Shown: positions 36,832-45,877 of the stretch, one piece after another | How positions within the stretch are numbered: position 1 is the stretch's first letter | Layout: each line of letters begins with the position of its first letter | Sequence record: NZ_CP067424.1 | Reading direction: 5' to 3' (one strand) | From: a plasmid | Length of the DNA: 64,000 nucleotides | Made by a program: the position numbers and the translations under genes | Notes under the pieces: model-generated | Told to the model about the DNA's origin: nothing | Database searches by the model: none | The model's input: only the letters and a program-made list of their open reading frames with translations

Positions 36832-38775
36832 ATGCGTCCGTCCGTGATCGCCGGTCTGTTGCTGACCGGCACCGCCATCGGGACCCCCGCCCTGGCGGCA
36901 ACCATCGAGGTGCAGCCGGGCGACAACCTGGAGGCTAAGATCCGCTCGGCCCGGCCGGGCGATACCGTGGCGGTCCGGCGCGGCACCTACAACGGCAGCC
37001 TGGATCTGAGCACCCTGCACGGTGATCCGGGGGCGCCGATCCGCATCCTCTCGGTTGACGGCAAGGGTGCCGCGGTGATCCAGGGGAGCCGCGATCAGGC
37101 CGCCGTGCAGGCCAACCGGATCTCGAACGTCGAGATGGACGGCTTCCATGTGGTCGCCAACGCGCCCGGCGGCGGTGACGTCGGCGGCTTCAAGCTGTGG
37201 GGGCCTTACGGCGACATCGGCAACCTGAAGATCACGAACAACCTGATCACCGGCCAGGGGCAGGACGGCTTCAAGCTGTTCAACATGTCGCCGACCGACC
37301 AGCAGAGCGTCCTGGTGGCCGGCAACACGATCGACGGTAACTGGCGTCAGGAAGCCATCGACAACGTCAGCGTCAAGAATGTCCGGTACGAGGGCAACAC
37401 GATCAGGGGCAAGGCTGGCTTCGCCGGCATCACCTGGAAGGCCGGCAGCGACGGCGTGCAGCTGGTCAACAACACGATCGACATCGACGCCGATACGGCG
37501 GTCTCGGTTGGCGGCTACGGCAACAGCCGCCTGAACCGGATGGACCGGTTCCCCGACGAGTTCCAGGACAACGAGGCAGAAAACAGCGTGGTCACCGGCA
37601 ATACCATCCGGGGCGACGTGCGGGTGATCTCGGCCGAGAACAACCGAGTCGAGGGGAACAGCATCACCGGCAGCATCAGCAACGGCCAGAACAGCCACAT
37701 GCCGGGCTCGATCACCAGCCGGAACAACGCCATCGCCCACAACAGAGTGACCGGCGGCACGGGAGCGTCTGCCTGGAACGGCAACACCGATACCCAGTTC
37801 GAGCGCAACGTGGACGGCCTGGCCAACAATTTCTACGACACCGACGAGCAGTTCTGGGGGGCGGTGGAGCGCGGGGAAGCGGGCGCGCTGCGCCGGCTGA
37901 ACGACCTGGTGTCCGGCGGCATCATCGTGCGCGAGGGCAACCGGATCATCAACAGGGCCACCGGCCAGATCACCAGCGCGGTCGGCAACGCCATCGGCGA
38001 CGCTGTCGACACCGTGCTGCAGCCGGCGGAGGATTACGTCGACGCTGCCGTCGAGACCGTGAAGTGCAACATCGGCGGCGCAGTGATCGGTGGCGCCGCG
38101 TCGGTCGTCAGCGGGATTTTCTCGGGCGGCCGGGCGACGCTGGCAGCACAGATCGCCCAGCAGATGACCGCGATCGCCGGCAACCTGTGCCTGGGCAAAC
38201 AGCTCGCCGCCCAGCAGCGCCTTGTCGAACTTGCCAGGCGGGACAATGCCCACGGCACGGCCGACAATGCCGCCGGCCTCAACGGCATGATGACCAGGAC
38301 CCTGCCGGGGCTGGCGCAGGGCGGCTTCCTGTCGTCCGAGCAGGCCATCGCCAGCCAGTACGGCGAGGTGTACCCGGATGCCTTTCCGCCCATGCTGCCG
38401 GACGACCTGGTTGCCGTGAACCGGTCCATGCAGGCCCACGAACGCACGGTACACCTGAACAGCTTGGCGGTCCAGAACCGGACGGTCCAGGAACAGGCCG
38501 ACACCCTGGAGCGGGCGCGCGACCATGCAGCCGCCGGCCGGGCCGGTGACGGCATCCGCTCCGAGCTGCAGGCCATGAACGCCATTGGCGGCGAGCAGAT
38601 CGCGGCGATCAACAGCCTGACGGCGGCCACGGTAGCTAATCATCGTGCTTCGACCGAGATACAGTTACGGGACGAGTCAAGGAAAGCCGCAGCAAACGCA
38701 ACGGCCGAGGAGTTCATGTCGACCCTGGCGACTTGCGGGAACTGCACCATAGACCGCCCGTTTTTGGGCGAATAG
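36832..38775 (+). CDS. trbJ: Fusion protein: signal peptide, right-handed parallel beta-helix domain (about aa 30-400), then TrbJ (VirB5-like) domain (about aa 400-647)
   Basis: PbH1-type repeats (GNTIDGN, GNTIRG, NNTIDIDAD, GNTIRGDVRVISAENNRVEGNSITG, NNAIAHNRVTGG). The C-terminal coiled-coil region (YGEVYPDAF…LQAMNAIGGEQIAAINSLTAATVANHR…) is homologous to P-type TrbJ. Single uninterrupted ORF with a good RBS. Confidence 0.75.
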   Translation: MRPSVIAGLLLTGTAIGTPALAATIEVQPGDNLEAKIRSARPGDTVAVRRGTYNGSLDLSTLHGDPGAPIRILSVDGKGAAVIQGSRDQAAVQANRISNVEMDGFHVVANAPGGGDVGGFKLWGPYGDIGNLKITNNLITGQGQDGFKLFNMSPTDQQSVLVAGNTIDGNWRQEAIDNVSVKNVRYEGNTIRGKAGFAGITWKAGSDGVQLVNNTIDIDADTAVSVGGYGNSRLNRMDRFPDEFQDNEAENSVVTGNTIRGDVRVISAENNRVEGNSITGSISNGQNSHMPGSITSRNNAIAHNRVTGGTGASAWNGNTDTQFERNVDGLANNFYDTDEQFWGAVERGEAGALRRLNDLVSGGIIVREGNRIINRATGQITSAVGNAIGDAVDTVLQPAEDYVDAAVETVKCNIGGAVIGGAASVVSGIFSGGRATLAAQIAQQMTAIAGNLCLGKQLAAQQRLVELARRDNAHGTADNAAGLNGMMTRTLPGLAQGGFLSSEQAIASQYGEVYPDAFPPMLPDDLVAVNRSMQAHERTVHLNSLAVQNRTVQEQADTLERARDHAAAGRAGDGIRSELQAMNAIGGEQIAAINSLTAATVANHRASTEIQLRDESRKAAANATAEEFMSTLATCGNCTIDRPFLGE

Positions 38776-38787
38776 GAGGATAATAGA

Positions 38788-38964
38788 ATGAAAACTTTGG
38801 TAATCGCCTCGATCCTGCTTGTCGCCCTGTCCGGTTGCTGGGACGCCGAGCAGAAAAAGAAGTCGGACGACTTCATGAGCAACCTGACGAAGTGCGAGAA
38901 TGACTGCCGGATTACCGAACCCTTCCTGGGCGGCGGCAAGAAGGGCGAGGGCGATGGACGCTGA
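38788..38964 (+). CDS. trbK: Small lipoprotein (58 aa), probable TrbK-like entry-exclusion protein
   Basis: MKTLVIASILLVALSGC lipobox. RBS AGGAGGATAA. Sits between trbJ and trbL as in RP4/Ti. Stop overlaps the trbL start. Not in the ORF track (<60 aa). Confidence 0.45.
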   Translation: MKTLVIASILLVALSGCWDAEQKKKSDDFMSNLTKCENDCRITEPFLGGGKKGEGDGR

Positions 38965-40099
38965 TTACGCCTACCTCAACGCTGCCATCAAAGAGATGCT
39001 GGCCCGGGTCACGTCTACCGGATCCGCCATCGACGCGGCGCTTCAGCCGGTGTACCTGATCACCGGCACGCTGCTGTTCGTCATCGCGTTGATGAAGTTC
39101 ATGTGGCAACGCGACTTGGCGCCGCTGGCCGCGTTCGTCATACGCTATATGCAATTGATGGTTCTGATCTTCATATCCGGTCAGTGGATGCCGCTGACCG
39201 ATGCGTATGTTTCCGGCATGGGTAGTTTCGGCGCCGGCATCGCGGGGTTCGATATCCTGCAACTGGCTCCGGGAACGGTGATCGTTCGCGCGCTGGAGCT
39301 GGCGAACAGGATGTACAGCGAGAACGTCTCCTGGATGCGCCTGATGCTGGGCAGTACGCAGGACACGGTCGCTCACCTGCTGCTGCTGATCGGATGCGCC
39401 GGCACGATCCTGCTGAGCATCTTCATGGCCGCCTGGATCATGCTGTTTTTCGTGGTCTTCAAGCTCGCCACCGTGGTGGCACTCGTCTTCCTGGCCTTCA
39501 TGATGTTCGACAGCACCCGGTTCATGGCGGCGCCGGGTCTGGCGCGCATCGTGGCTTACGGCACCCAGATGCTGGTGCTGGGACTCGCCACAGGCATGTT
39601 CTTCATGGTTCTGGATGCCCTGGACCTGAGCGGGCACCTGCATGTCGGCCAGTCGATCTCGCTGCTGGTGGTCATGTTCTTCTTTGCCCTGCTATTCAAG
39701 TACACGACGGATATCGCGCGCGAGCAGCATTCCGGCATGCCGACCCTCGGGCTTCACGACATTGGCCGGACTGCCGGGCAGATAGCCGGCGCCGCGGCCT
39801 CGACGGTGGGCACGATCGGCACGGTTGGCTTGGGCGCCCTTGCCATGTCTCGCGCCGCCGCGATCTCCCGGCCAGCGACTGCTTCCTACGCCATGACCGG
39901 CCCTGGCGCTGCCGGCGGTTCGGCCGGTGCCATCGGTGGGCCGCCGCCGTCCGTCGCCCGCATGCTCAACAAGCCGTCGGTCGACGCGACCTGGACGGAG
40001 GCCCGGGACCTCGCCCCGGCCTCGGTCCAACGGATGCTGAGCCAGAGCCGGAAGGCATTGCCGGCACCGCCGCGCCAGCTGCCCCCTCCCCGTTCCTGA
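38954..40099 (+). CDS. trbL: TrbL (VirB6 family) polytopic membrane protein
   Basis: Multiple TM helices. Gly/Ala/Pro-rich C-terminal tail. Position after trbJ/K. Confidence 0.8.
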   Translation: MDADYAYLNAAIKEMLARVTSTGSAIDAALQPVYLITGTLLFVIALMKFMWQRDLAPLAAFVIRYMQLMVLIFISGQWMPLTDAYVSGMGSFGAGIAGFDILQLAPGTVIVRALELANRMYSENVSWMRLMLGSTQDTVAHLLLLIGCAGTILLSIFMAAWIMLFFVVFKLATVVALVFLAFMMFDSTRFMAAPGLARIVAYGTQMLVLGLATGMFFMVLDALDLSGHLHVGQSISLLVVMFFFALLFKYTTDIAREQHSGMPTLGLHDIGRTAGQIAGAAASTVGTIGTVGLGALAMSRAAAISRPATASYAMTGPGAAGGSAGAIGGPPPSVARMLNKPSVDATWTEARDLAPASVQRMLSQSRKALPAPPRQLPPPRS

Positions 40100-40121
40100 T
40101 CGTTCTCGATAGGGGTTTTCC

Positions 40122-40799
40122 ATGCTCGGTTTGAACCGCGGTCACTGGAAGGAAGACGACGAGTACAGGAAGGCCCGCTGGGCCTACGAAGGTCAAGGTG
40201 CCGGCGCCACCAGAGCGGCATGGTTCCTGGGCGCCGGACTGATCGCCGTCACGGCGTTCGCCGGCATCCAGACCTATGACAAGCACCTGCTGGCCAAACT
40301 GGACGACCTGAAGTTCGTGGCGATCGAGAGCAACCGGACCACCGGCGAGGTTGTCAGCGTGTCCAAGGTGACCGGCGAACTGATGGCCGACGAGACCAAG
40401 CGCCGGCAGTTCGTGCGGTGGTGGATCGAACTGTGGCGCAACGTGCCGGCCGATGCCGTCGCCTACAATCGCTCCTACCTGGCGGCCCAGGTCTACATGG
40501 CCGACCCGGTCCACCACGCGGTCGCGGCCTACATGAGCGAGAACCCGGTCAACACCTTCATCCGGTCGGGCCATGCCCGCATGGTGCGGGTCCAGAACGT
40601 GACGCCGGCCGGCAACGGCACCCGCTACCGGGTGGACTGGATCGAGAGCGTCTACCGGAACAGCCAGCTGGTCAACCAAACGCCAATGACGGCCGACCTG
40701 GACCTGGAGCAGCACACGCCGCGCACCGATGCGGAGGCCGAGGCCAACATCTTCGGCTTCGTGGTGAAGGGTTTTTACTGGACCCCGCCGGCGATGTGA
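40122..40799 (+). CDS. trbF: TrbF (VirB8 family)
   Basis: 225 aa. N-terminal TM, then NTF2-like periplasmic domain (…VYRNSQLVNQTPMTADLD…). Canonical position. Confidence 0.8.
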   Translation: MLGLNRGHWKEDDEYRKARWAYEGQGAGATRAAWFLGAGLIAVTAFAGIQTYDKHLLAKLDDLKFVAIESNRTTGEVVSVSKVTGELMADETKRRQFVRWWIELWRNVPADAVAYNRSYLAAQVYMADPVHHAVAAYMSENPVNTFIRSGHARMVRVQNVTPAGNGTRYRVDWIESVYRNSQLVNQTPMTADLDLEQHTPRTDAEAEANIFGFVVKGFYWTPPAM

Positions 40800-40842
40800 C
40801 AATGTAAGTGCCTTTCCCCGAGAGGGCACGATCATTATACTC

Positions 40843-40865
40843 TTGACTACTATATTTTTGTAGTC
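40843..40865 (+). promoter_or_regulatory. Second copy of the TTGACTAC-N9-GTAGTC palindromic operator/promoter, upstream of trbG
   Basis: TATACTCTTGACTACTATATTTTTGTAGTCATG. Same spacing and flanks as the copy at 33678. Confidence 0.45.
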
Positions 40866-40891
40866 ATGCCGCTTCGGGGGATGTGCTGACC

Positions 40892-41761
40892 ATGAGACGT
40901 GCCGCCTTCTTGATCCTTCCGCTCATCGCAGGGTGCGCCTCGTCAAAGTACGAAGCGCCCCTGCCGACCCTCCCCTCGGCGTCCCTTCAGCTGCCGAGAG
41001 CACCGGCCCGGCCGCCGCTGCCGGACACCCTGCCGAAGCTGCCGGCCGAAGATCCGGTCAAGGCCATTGCCGGTGCCACCAAGGACGGCCTGGTGAAGCC
41101 GCGCCGGGAGTGGTTCAAGGGGCTGACCTACATGCCGCCCTACCACCCGAACCACGGCTACCTGGTCTATATCCCGTTCGGCCTTTCCTCGACCTTCGAG
41201 TTCAGTCCCGGCGAGAAGCCGCAGGATGCGACCTGCAGCGACAGCAGCGGCAACATCATCGCACCAAGCTGGTCGAGCATGGGCGTCGGTGCCGGAAAGA
41301 AATGGGTTTTCCAGGTCAAGGTGACGATGGAGCCGCCGTTCCCCCGCCAGGACTGCACGGTGCTGACCACCCGCGGCATCTACTCGATCTATGTCCAGGG
41401 CACCAGGAGCACCCATACGGCCAAGGTCCGCTGGTCGGACCCTTACGGTGTGCTGTCCGAGGCCGACCCCGAAGCGCCGGAGCCGTGCGCCCAGGCCGAC
41501 ATCGACTATGCCCTGTCCGGTGATCCCGGCGCCTTCGGCCTGCGTCCGGGCGACGTCTCCAACGACGGCCGGCATACCTGCCTGCGGTTCCCGCAGTCCG
41601 CGGGCTTTGACCTTCCTTCCGTCTGGCTGATCGAGGGCGACCAGGAGCGCCCGGCCAGCCCGACCATGATCGACGGTGCCTACAGGATCGACGGGGTTCC
41701 CCGCGTGATCGAGCTGCGCACCGACAATGCCACCCTTCGCATCGAGAGAGCCGCGCCATGA
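40892..41761 (+). CDS. trbG: TrbG (VirB9 family) lipoprotein
   Basis: MRRAAFLILPLIAGC lipobox, then a Pro-rich linker and VirB9-like beta domains. ATGA overlap with trbI. Confidence 0.85.
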   Translation: MRRAAFLILPLIAGCASSKYEAPLPTLPSASLQLPRAPARPPLPDTLPKLPAEDPVKAIAGATKDGLVKPRREWFKGLTYMPPYHPNHGYLVYIPFGLSSTFEFSPGEKPQDATCSDSSGNIIAPSWSSMGVGAGKKWVFQVKVTMEPPFPRQDCTVLTTRGIYSIYVQGTRSTHTAKVRWSDPYGVLSEADPEAPEPCAQADIDYALSGDPGAFGLRPGDVSNDGRHTCLRFPQSAGFDLPSVWLIEGDQERPASPTMIDGAYRIDGVPRVIELRTDNATLRIERAAP

Positions 41762-42846
41762 CCCAGGCAGAGACCGAATACGTTGACCCGCCGCGGTCGG
41801 TGAACGACCCCCGGCCGCCGATCCACACCATGCTGAAGTGGCCGGTTGCCCTGGCCGGCACGGCGATGGTCGCCCTGCTGGCCGGCATCACCATCGGCCC
41901 CACCCTGTTCCGGGACGAGCCGGAGCCCAAGCGGGTGGACCCGGAACCGAGGATGGCCACGCCCCGTCCGCTGCACGGCATGCCGACGGATTACAGCCAG
42001 GTCCAGCCGCCGCCGGAACCGGAAGCAGTACCCGCCCCGGCGCCCGCCCCTGCCCCTGTGGCGGCGCCGGCTCCCGCCCCGGTCACCCGCGTCATGGGGG
42101 GTGGTCCGAGAGGGCCGACCAAGACCGAGTTGTTGAGGGAGGCGATGCGCTCGCCGCTGAAGCCGATCCCGATCACGTCGGGCGGCAACGTCGCGGTCGA
42201 GCAGGCCGCTGTCGGCGGATCGGGCGGCGCCGCACCGGCCAGCAACCTCTACAGCCGGCATTCCCTGGTCGATCCTTACGAGTGCCAGGTCAATGCCGGC
42301 ACCAACATCCCGGCCATGACCGAGCAGCGCATCACCAGCGAGTCACCTGGCACGGTATCGGCGGTGGTGACCCGGGACGTCTGGAGCGCCGACAAGGCGT
42401 GCCTTGCCATCCCGCGGGGTACCCGGTTCGTCGGCCGCTACCAGACCCAGGTGGCCGAGGGACAGGCGCGACTCGGCGTGATCTGGACCGGCCTGACCCG
42501 CCCGCCGCCGCGCAACGACACGATCGACCTGGACGACACCGTGGCGGGGGATCCGGACGGCACCGCCGGGCTCAGCGGCGAGGTGAACGGCTTTTTCTGG
42601 CGCAAGCTGGGCTATGTGGCCGCCGCCTCGCTCCTGGACATCGGGCGGACCAGCATCCAGGCGACCGGCGAGGGTGGCATGGGAGCCGCGATCGCGGGCA
42701 TTTTCGCCAATCGTGCCACGAGTCCCATTGATGAATGGGCACGCCGCCAGTTAGACATTCCCCCGGTGATACAGGTGCCGCCGCGCGAGATCAGCATCGT
42801 CCTGGCGCGGCACGTGCCGATGGACGAGTTCAGAACCGGGAGATAG
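41758..42846 (+). CDS. trbI: TrbI (VirB10 family)
   Basis: N-terminal TM. Pro-rich region (PEPEAVPAPAPAPAP). Conserved C-terminal VirB10 barrel region. Confidence 0.85.
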   Translation: MTQAETEYVDPPRSVNDPRPPIHTMLKWPVALAGTAMVALLAGITIGPTLFRDEPEPKRVDPEPRMATPRPLHGMPTDYSQVQPPPEPEAVPAPAPAPAPVAAPAPAPVTRVMGGGPRGPTKTELLREAMRSPLKPIPITSGGNVAVEQAAVGGSGGAAPASNLYSRHSLVDPYECQVNAGTNIPAMTEQRITSESPGTVSAVVTRDVWSADKACLAIPRGTRFVGRYQTQVAEGQARLGVIWTGLTRPPPRNDTIDLDDTVAGDPDGTAGLSGEVNGFFWRKLGYVAAASLLDIGRTSIQATGEGGMGAAIAGIFANRATSPIDEWARRQLDIPPVIQVPPREISIVLARHVPMDEFRTGR

Positions 42847-42853
42847 GCCAGGG

Positions 42854-43177
42854 ATGCCCCAGCGCGACGACAAGATCGGCGTCAGTTTCGGAAAGATACC
42901 GTCGGAGCGCTGGGAGCAGATGCAGCCCCTTCCGGGAGCCGTGACCGAGAAGGCCATCGCGTTACTGGACCAAGCCCGCCGCGCCGGCCGGGAGGTCGTC
43001 TACCCGGCCAGCCTGAAGGTCGGACTGTCGAAGAAGCTCTGGCTGACGCCGGAGACGGTCAGGGTGATCGACCGCATCAGCGAAGAGACCGGCCAGCGGC
43101 GCACCCCGATCATCCTCGCCGCGCTGGACCTGTATTTCTCCGCCGCTCGATCAGGGCAAGGCCAAGCAGAAGACTGA
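42854..43177 (+). CDS. Small protein following trbI (DUF2274-like / ribbon-helix-helix)
   Basis: 107 aa, …RRTPIILAALDLYF. Same operon. DUF2274 proteins characteristically follow trbI. Confidence 0.4.
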   Translation: MPQRDDKIGVSFGKIPSERWEQMQPLPGAVTEKAIALLDQARRAGREVVYPASLKVGLSKKLWLTPETVRVIDRISEETGQRRTPIILAALDLYFSAARSGQGQAED

Positions 43178-43298
43178 GGACGACAACCCCGCCCCAGGTG
43201 AAGAATGCCGCCTCGTACGGCGCCAGCGCCCTGTCGATGGCGCCGAAGATCATTTCGGCCAGCAGCCAAAGCGTCAACAGCAGTACGGGGCGGTTCAT
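43110..43298 (-). CDS. Small membrane protein (about 61 aa, two TM helices)
   Basis: MNRPVLLLTLWLLAEMIFGAIDRALAPYEAAFFTWGGVVVLSLLLGLALIERRR. Antisense-overlapping the end of the preceding gene, so uncertain. Confidence 0.25.
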   Translation of the reverse strand: MNRPVLLLTLWLLAEMIFGAIDRALAPYEAAFFTWGGVVVLSLLLGLALIERRRNTGPARRG

Positions 43299-43525
43299 TC
43301 TCGATGTCCTCCTGCTACACGTCTTCCATGTCGATGCCGTTACCGGCTCCGCCGGAGGCACCGGGGCCAAGGCCTCACTGGGCTGCCTCTGCTGAAAACC
43401 GGAACACCGCCACGGTGCTGTTGTGTTTCGCTCAATCGCTTATGCGTGGCCCTGGCCGGGGAATACGATGACGCCAGCTCCCTGCGGCATGATGGGAGAT
43501 CCGGAAAGCAGGAATCGATTGTTCC

Positions 43526-44014
43526 CTACGGCCGCCCTCTCATCCATACGATACGTCGCCCCCGGGTATCATCAGACCCACCGTTTTTTGCTGTCGCGGG
43601 TGAGCTGATGCCCATCGCGGCGTCCGTCAGCACGTGAGCGTCCTTGACCAGACGGCGAAGCATGTAGAACTCGGTATCGTCCTCGATCACCTCCGCCAAC
43701 GCGGTGAATTTTGCCAGGAAATCAACCATCGTGGCGGGTTGCTCATTGGTCAGCGCGGTCATGGCGCGCGCTGCGGCAGCGTCGGCGTCGACCCAGATGT
43801 CGAAGTACTGGGCGGAATCAACCGCCTCCGTGCCGGCTGTCAGAAGCTTGTAGTCGGTGATCAACTCAGCCATTCGGGGCGAGACACCGACCGGCACGGT
43901 GGTGTCGATAATGGAAGCCACCGGAGCATCATGGGTTGCCGAGCTGCAGGTCAGGATACTGCGCTGGTAGGTTGCCCCGCGGACGCTGATCGAGTATCGA
44001 TGATGACCACTCAT
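43526..44014 (-). CDS. Hypothetical protein (162 aa)
   Basis: Clean ORF convergent with the trb operon. No motif recognised. Confidence 0.35.
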   Translation of the reverse strand: MSGHHRYSISVRGATYQRSILTCSSATHDAPVASIIDTTVPVGVSPRMAELITDYKLLTAGTEAVDSAQYFDIWVDADAAAARAMTALTNEQPATMVDFLAKFTALAEVIEDDTEFYMLRRLVKDAHVLTDAAMGISSPATAKNGGSDDTRGRRIVWMRGRP

Positions 44015-44163
44015 GATTGGACTGCTCCGTCATGGCGTGTCGATACGGTAACCATAAACAGTTCATTGTTATTTCAGCAACCAAATTCTTCTGAGAGATG
44101 AAGTTTGATATACAAGATGTTGTAGTCAACTCAAATCGTCGAAGCTGAGAAATGCTCAAATGA

Positions 44164-44781
44164 TCAAGGCTTGATCCAAAGGATCGGGGAGGCATTCTTC
44201 AGTAAAACATCATCCAGGGGAAACGGTCTGCCTCCTGAAGGAACCGATTTGTCACAGCCTTCGACCCCTATAAACTTTAGATTGTATAATCCTGGCTCTG
44301 TTCCTCTGTCGACATAGGCCAGATAGGCCTCTCCATTCGGCAGGGTGACTATGGACAGCCGCCCAATCGATCCGGCATCAACGATGTTTTCTTTTCTAAA
44401 ATAGAGAACTGCTCTATGAAGCGGAGATAATGTGTTAAGAACTCTTATTCCCACGGTCCCTTCCGGAATGTTGGATGGAACTATAAAGGTGTCCTGTGTT
44501 GACACTTCATCTTCGACCAACCGGTTGTTGTGCTCGATATGGCCAACGATGTTTATTCTTTTTGATCTGATCCCTTCCAGTACCAGGCCGGCATTACTCA
44601 GGACATCCTCGATCGGTGCACCGATGAACTCCGCGATCCGAGCGGCCTCATCCAACTGCATCCGGCGTTTGCCTTTGAACATCAGCGTGATCGCGCTCGG
44701 ATCGAGGCCCAGATAGCGCGCGAGCAGGCGCTGGCTCAATCGTTTAAGGGCAAGTTGCTGTTGAAACCACTCCGCGTTCAT
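44164..44781 (-). CDS. cI/LexA-like repressor (XRE HTH plus S24 peptidase domain), SetR-like
   Basis: N-terminal HTH LSQRLLARYLGLDPSAITLMFKGKRRMQLDEAARIAEF. C-terminal S24-like segment (…GRLSIVTLPNGEAYLAYVDRG…). 205 aa. Lower GC than the backbone. Confidence 0.7.
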   Translation of the reverse strand: MNAEWFQQQLALKRLSQRLLARYLGLDPSAITLMFKGKRRMQLDEAARIAEFIGAPIEDVLSNAGLVLEGIRSKRINIVGHIEHNNRLVEDEVSTQDTFIVPSNIPEGTVGIRVLNTLSPLHRAVLYFRKENIVDAGSIGRLSIVTLPNGEAYLAYVDRGTEPGLYNLKFIGVEGCDKSVPSGGRPFPLDDVLLKNASPILWIKP

Positions 44782-44970
44782 GGCATTTCCAGCAGCTTTT
44801 CATATAAAACAACATCAACATGCTACGTTATTATATCAACGGGCAGATAAGGGGATTATGGATGGGAGGAGGCAGGAAGTCGGGCTTTTCTGGCTTTGGC
44901 CAAGCTTATTCGTTTTCGACGATGCCCGGCTGAAGACCTGTATAGCCCGCTCGGCCAGGCAAGGCGCTGT

Positions 44971-45141
44971 TGACGGGAGGGGTTGTCAACTACCGAGGCC
45001 GGTGTGAGCCGCATTTCCGATGCGTTCGTGAGTCGAGCCGCCACCGAGCGGCGACCGGCTCGTCAGCGGCCGAGGTCAACAGGGTTCGCGGGGACCCGCG
45101 CGCACAAGCGCAGCGCGGAGCGTGGGCGGAACCCTGTTGAC
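44971..45141. promoter_or_regulatory. Cluster of GTTGAC/GTCAAC inverted repeats upstream of the repressor gene
   Basis: GTTGAC-N10-GTCAAC at 44971-44992. Perfect 13-bp arms GTCAACAGGGTTC / GAACCCTGTTGAC at 45075-87 and 45129-41, with a GC-rich self-complementary 41-nt spacer. Confidence 0.4.
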
Positions 45142-45281
45142 CCCCACCCGATGAATACCCTTCTGGCTCTCCTCCGGTTGCCACCGGCAACCGGAGGAGA
45201 TGCCGGCCCGGCGAGGGCACTGCTTTTCCCTTGCCCGGTTCTTGGGCGGATGAACACCGCCACAACTCTGGGCACCCGATT

Positions 45282-45844
45282 TCACTCGACCGTGATGGAC
45301 TTCAGCTGCTCCACCCATCGCAGGAGGTACATGTCCTGACCGGGTTCGGGGGACCTGCGCGGCGGGTGGACCATCCGGATCGGTCCGCCGTCGCGACGCG
45401 ACAGGAAAGCGCCGTCGCGCCGCAGGGCCAGCAGCACCGGCCAGGTCCGGGCGCCGGCGATCGGCACCCGAACCGCGAGGTCGTCGAGCCCCGTCAGCAC
45501 CAGGGTCGTGGCCGTCGCATCGGTTCCCACGGCATTGAGCACGGCGACCAGCGGCACTCCCTCGAACAGGAAGGGGGCGGCCATCCGGTTCGTCGCGGTG
45601 GTGAGGCGGGTCAGTCCGAGACCTTCCAGCGCCCCGCGATCGAACCGAACCGAACCGGGGCGGGGAACCCGGTCCTGCCATCGATCGTGAGAACGACCGG
45701 GCCGGTCGGCTCCGGAATAACCACGCCTGATCCGGCCCTCGTCTCCGCCACGGTGCCGTGGACCGGAGAGGCCGCACAATCCGGATCACGTGATGCGGGA
45801 ACCGGGACCAGGACAAGCAGCAGAGTGACAAGCCGCTTCAGCAC
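45282..45844 (-). pseudogene. Sulfite-oxidase-family molybdopterin oxidoreductase-like gene (YedY/MsrP-like C-terminal region), apparently frameshifted
   Basis: One frame gives a signal peptide MLKRLVTLLLVLVPVPAS…TIDGRTG. A second frame continues …WPVLLALRRDGAFLSRRDGGPIRMVHPP…YLLRWVEQLKSITVE. Frame switch near 45640. Confidence 0.35.
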
Positions 45845-45877
45845 ACGGCATCTCCCGACCGGAGCCGCTTCACGGGC

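Noticed and set aside
33682-38643. 1653-aa minus-strand ORF spanning the whole trbC-trbJ region
   Set aside because: Antisense to five well-supported, translationally coupled trb genes. Composition-driven open frame, no domain content.
36832-38775. Beta-helix protein and TrbJ as two separate adjacent genes
   Set aside because: A single uninterrupted reading frame of 647 codons with one RBS and one signal peptide. No internal start with an RBS precedes the TrbJ-like part. A sequencing error remains the only way to split it.
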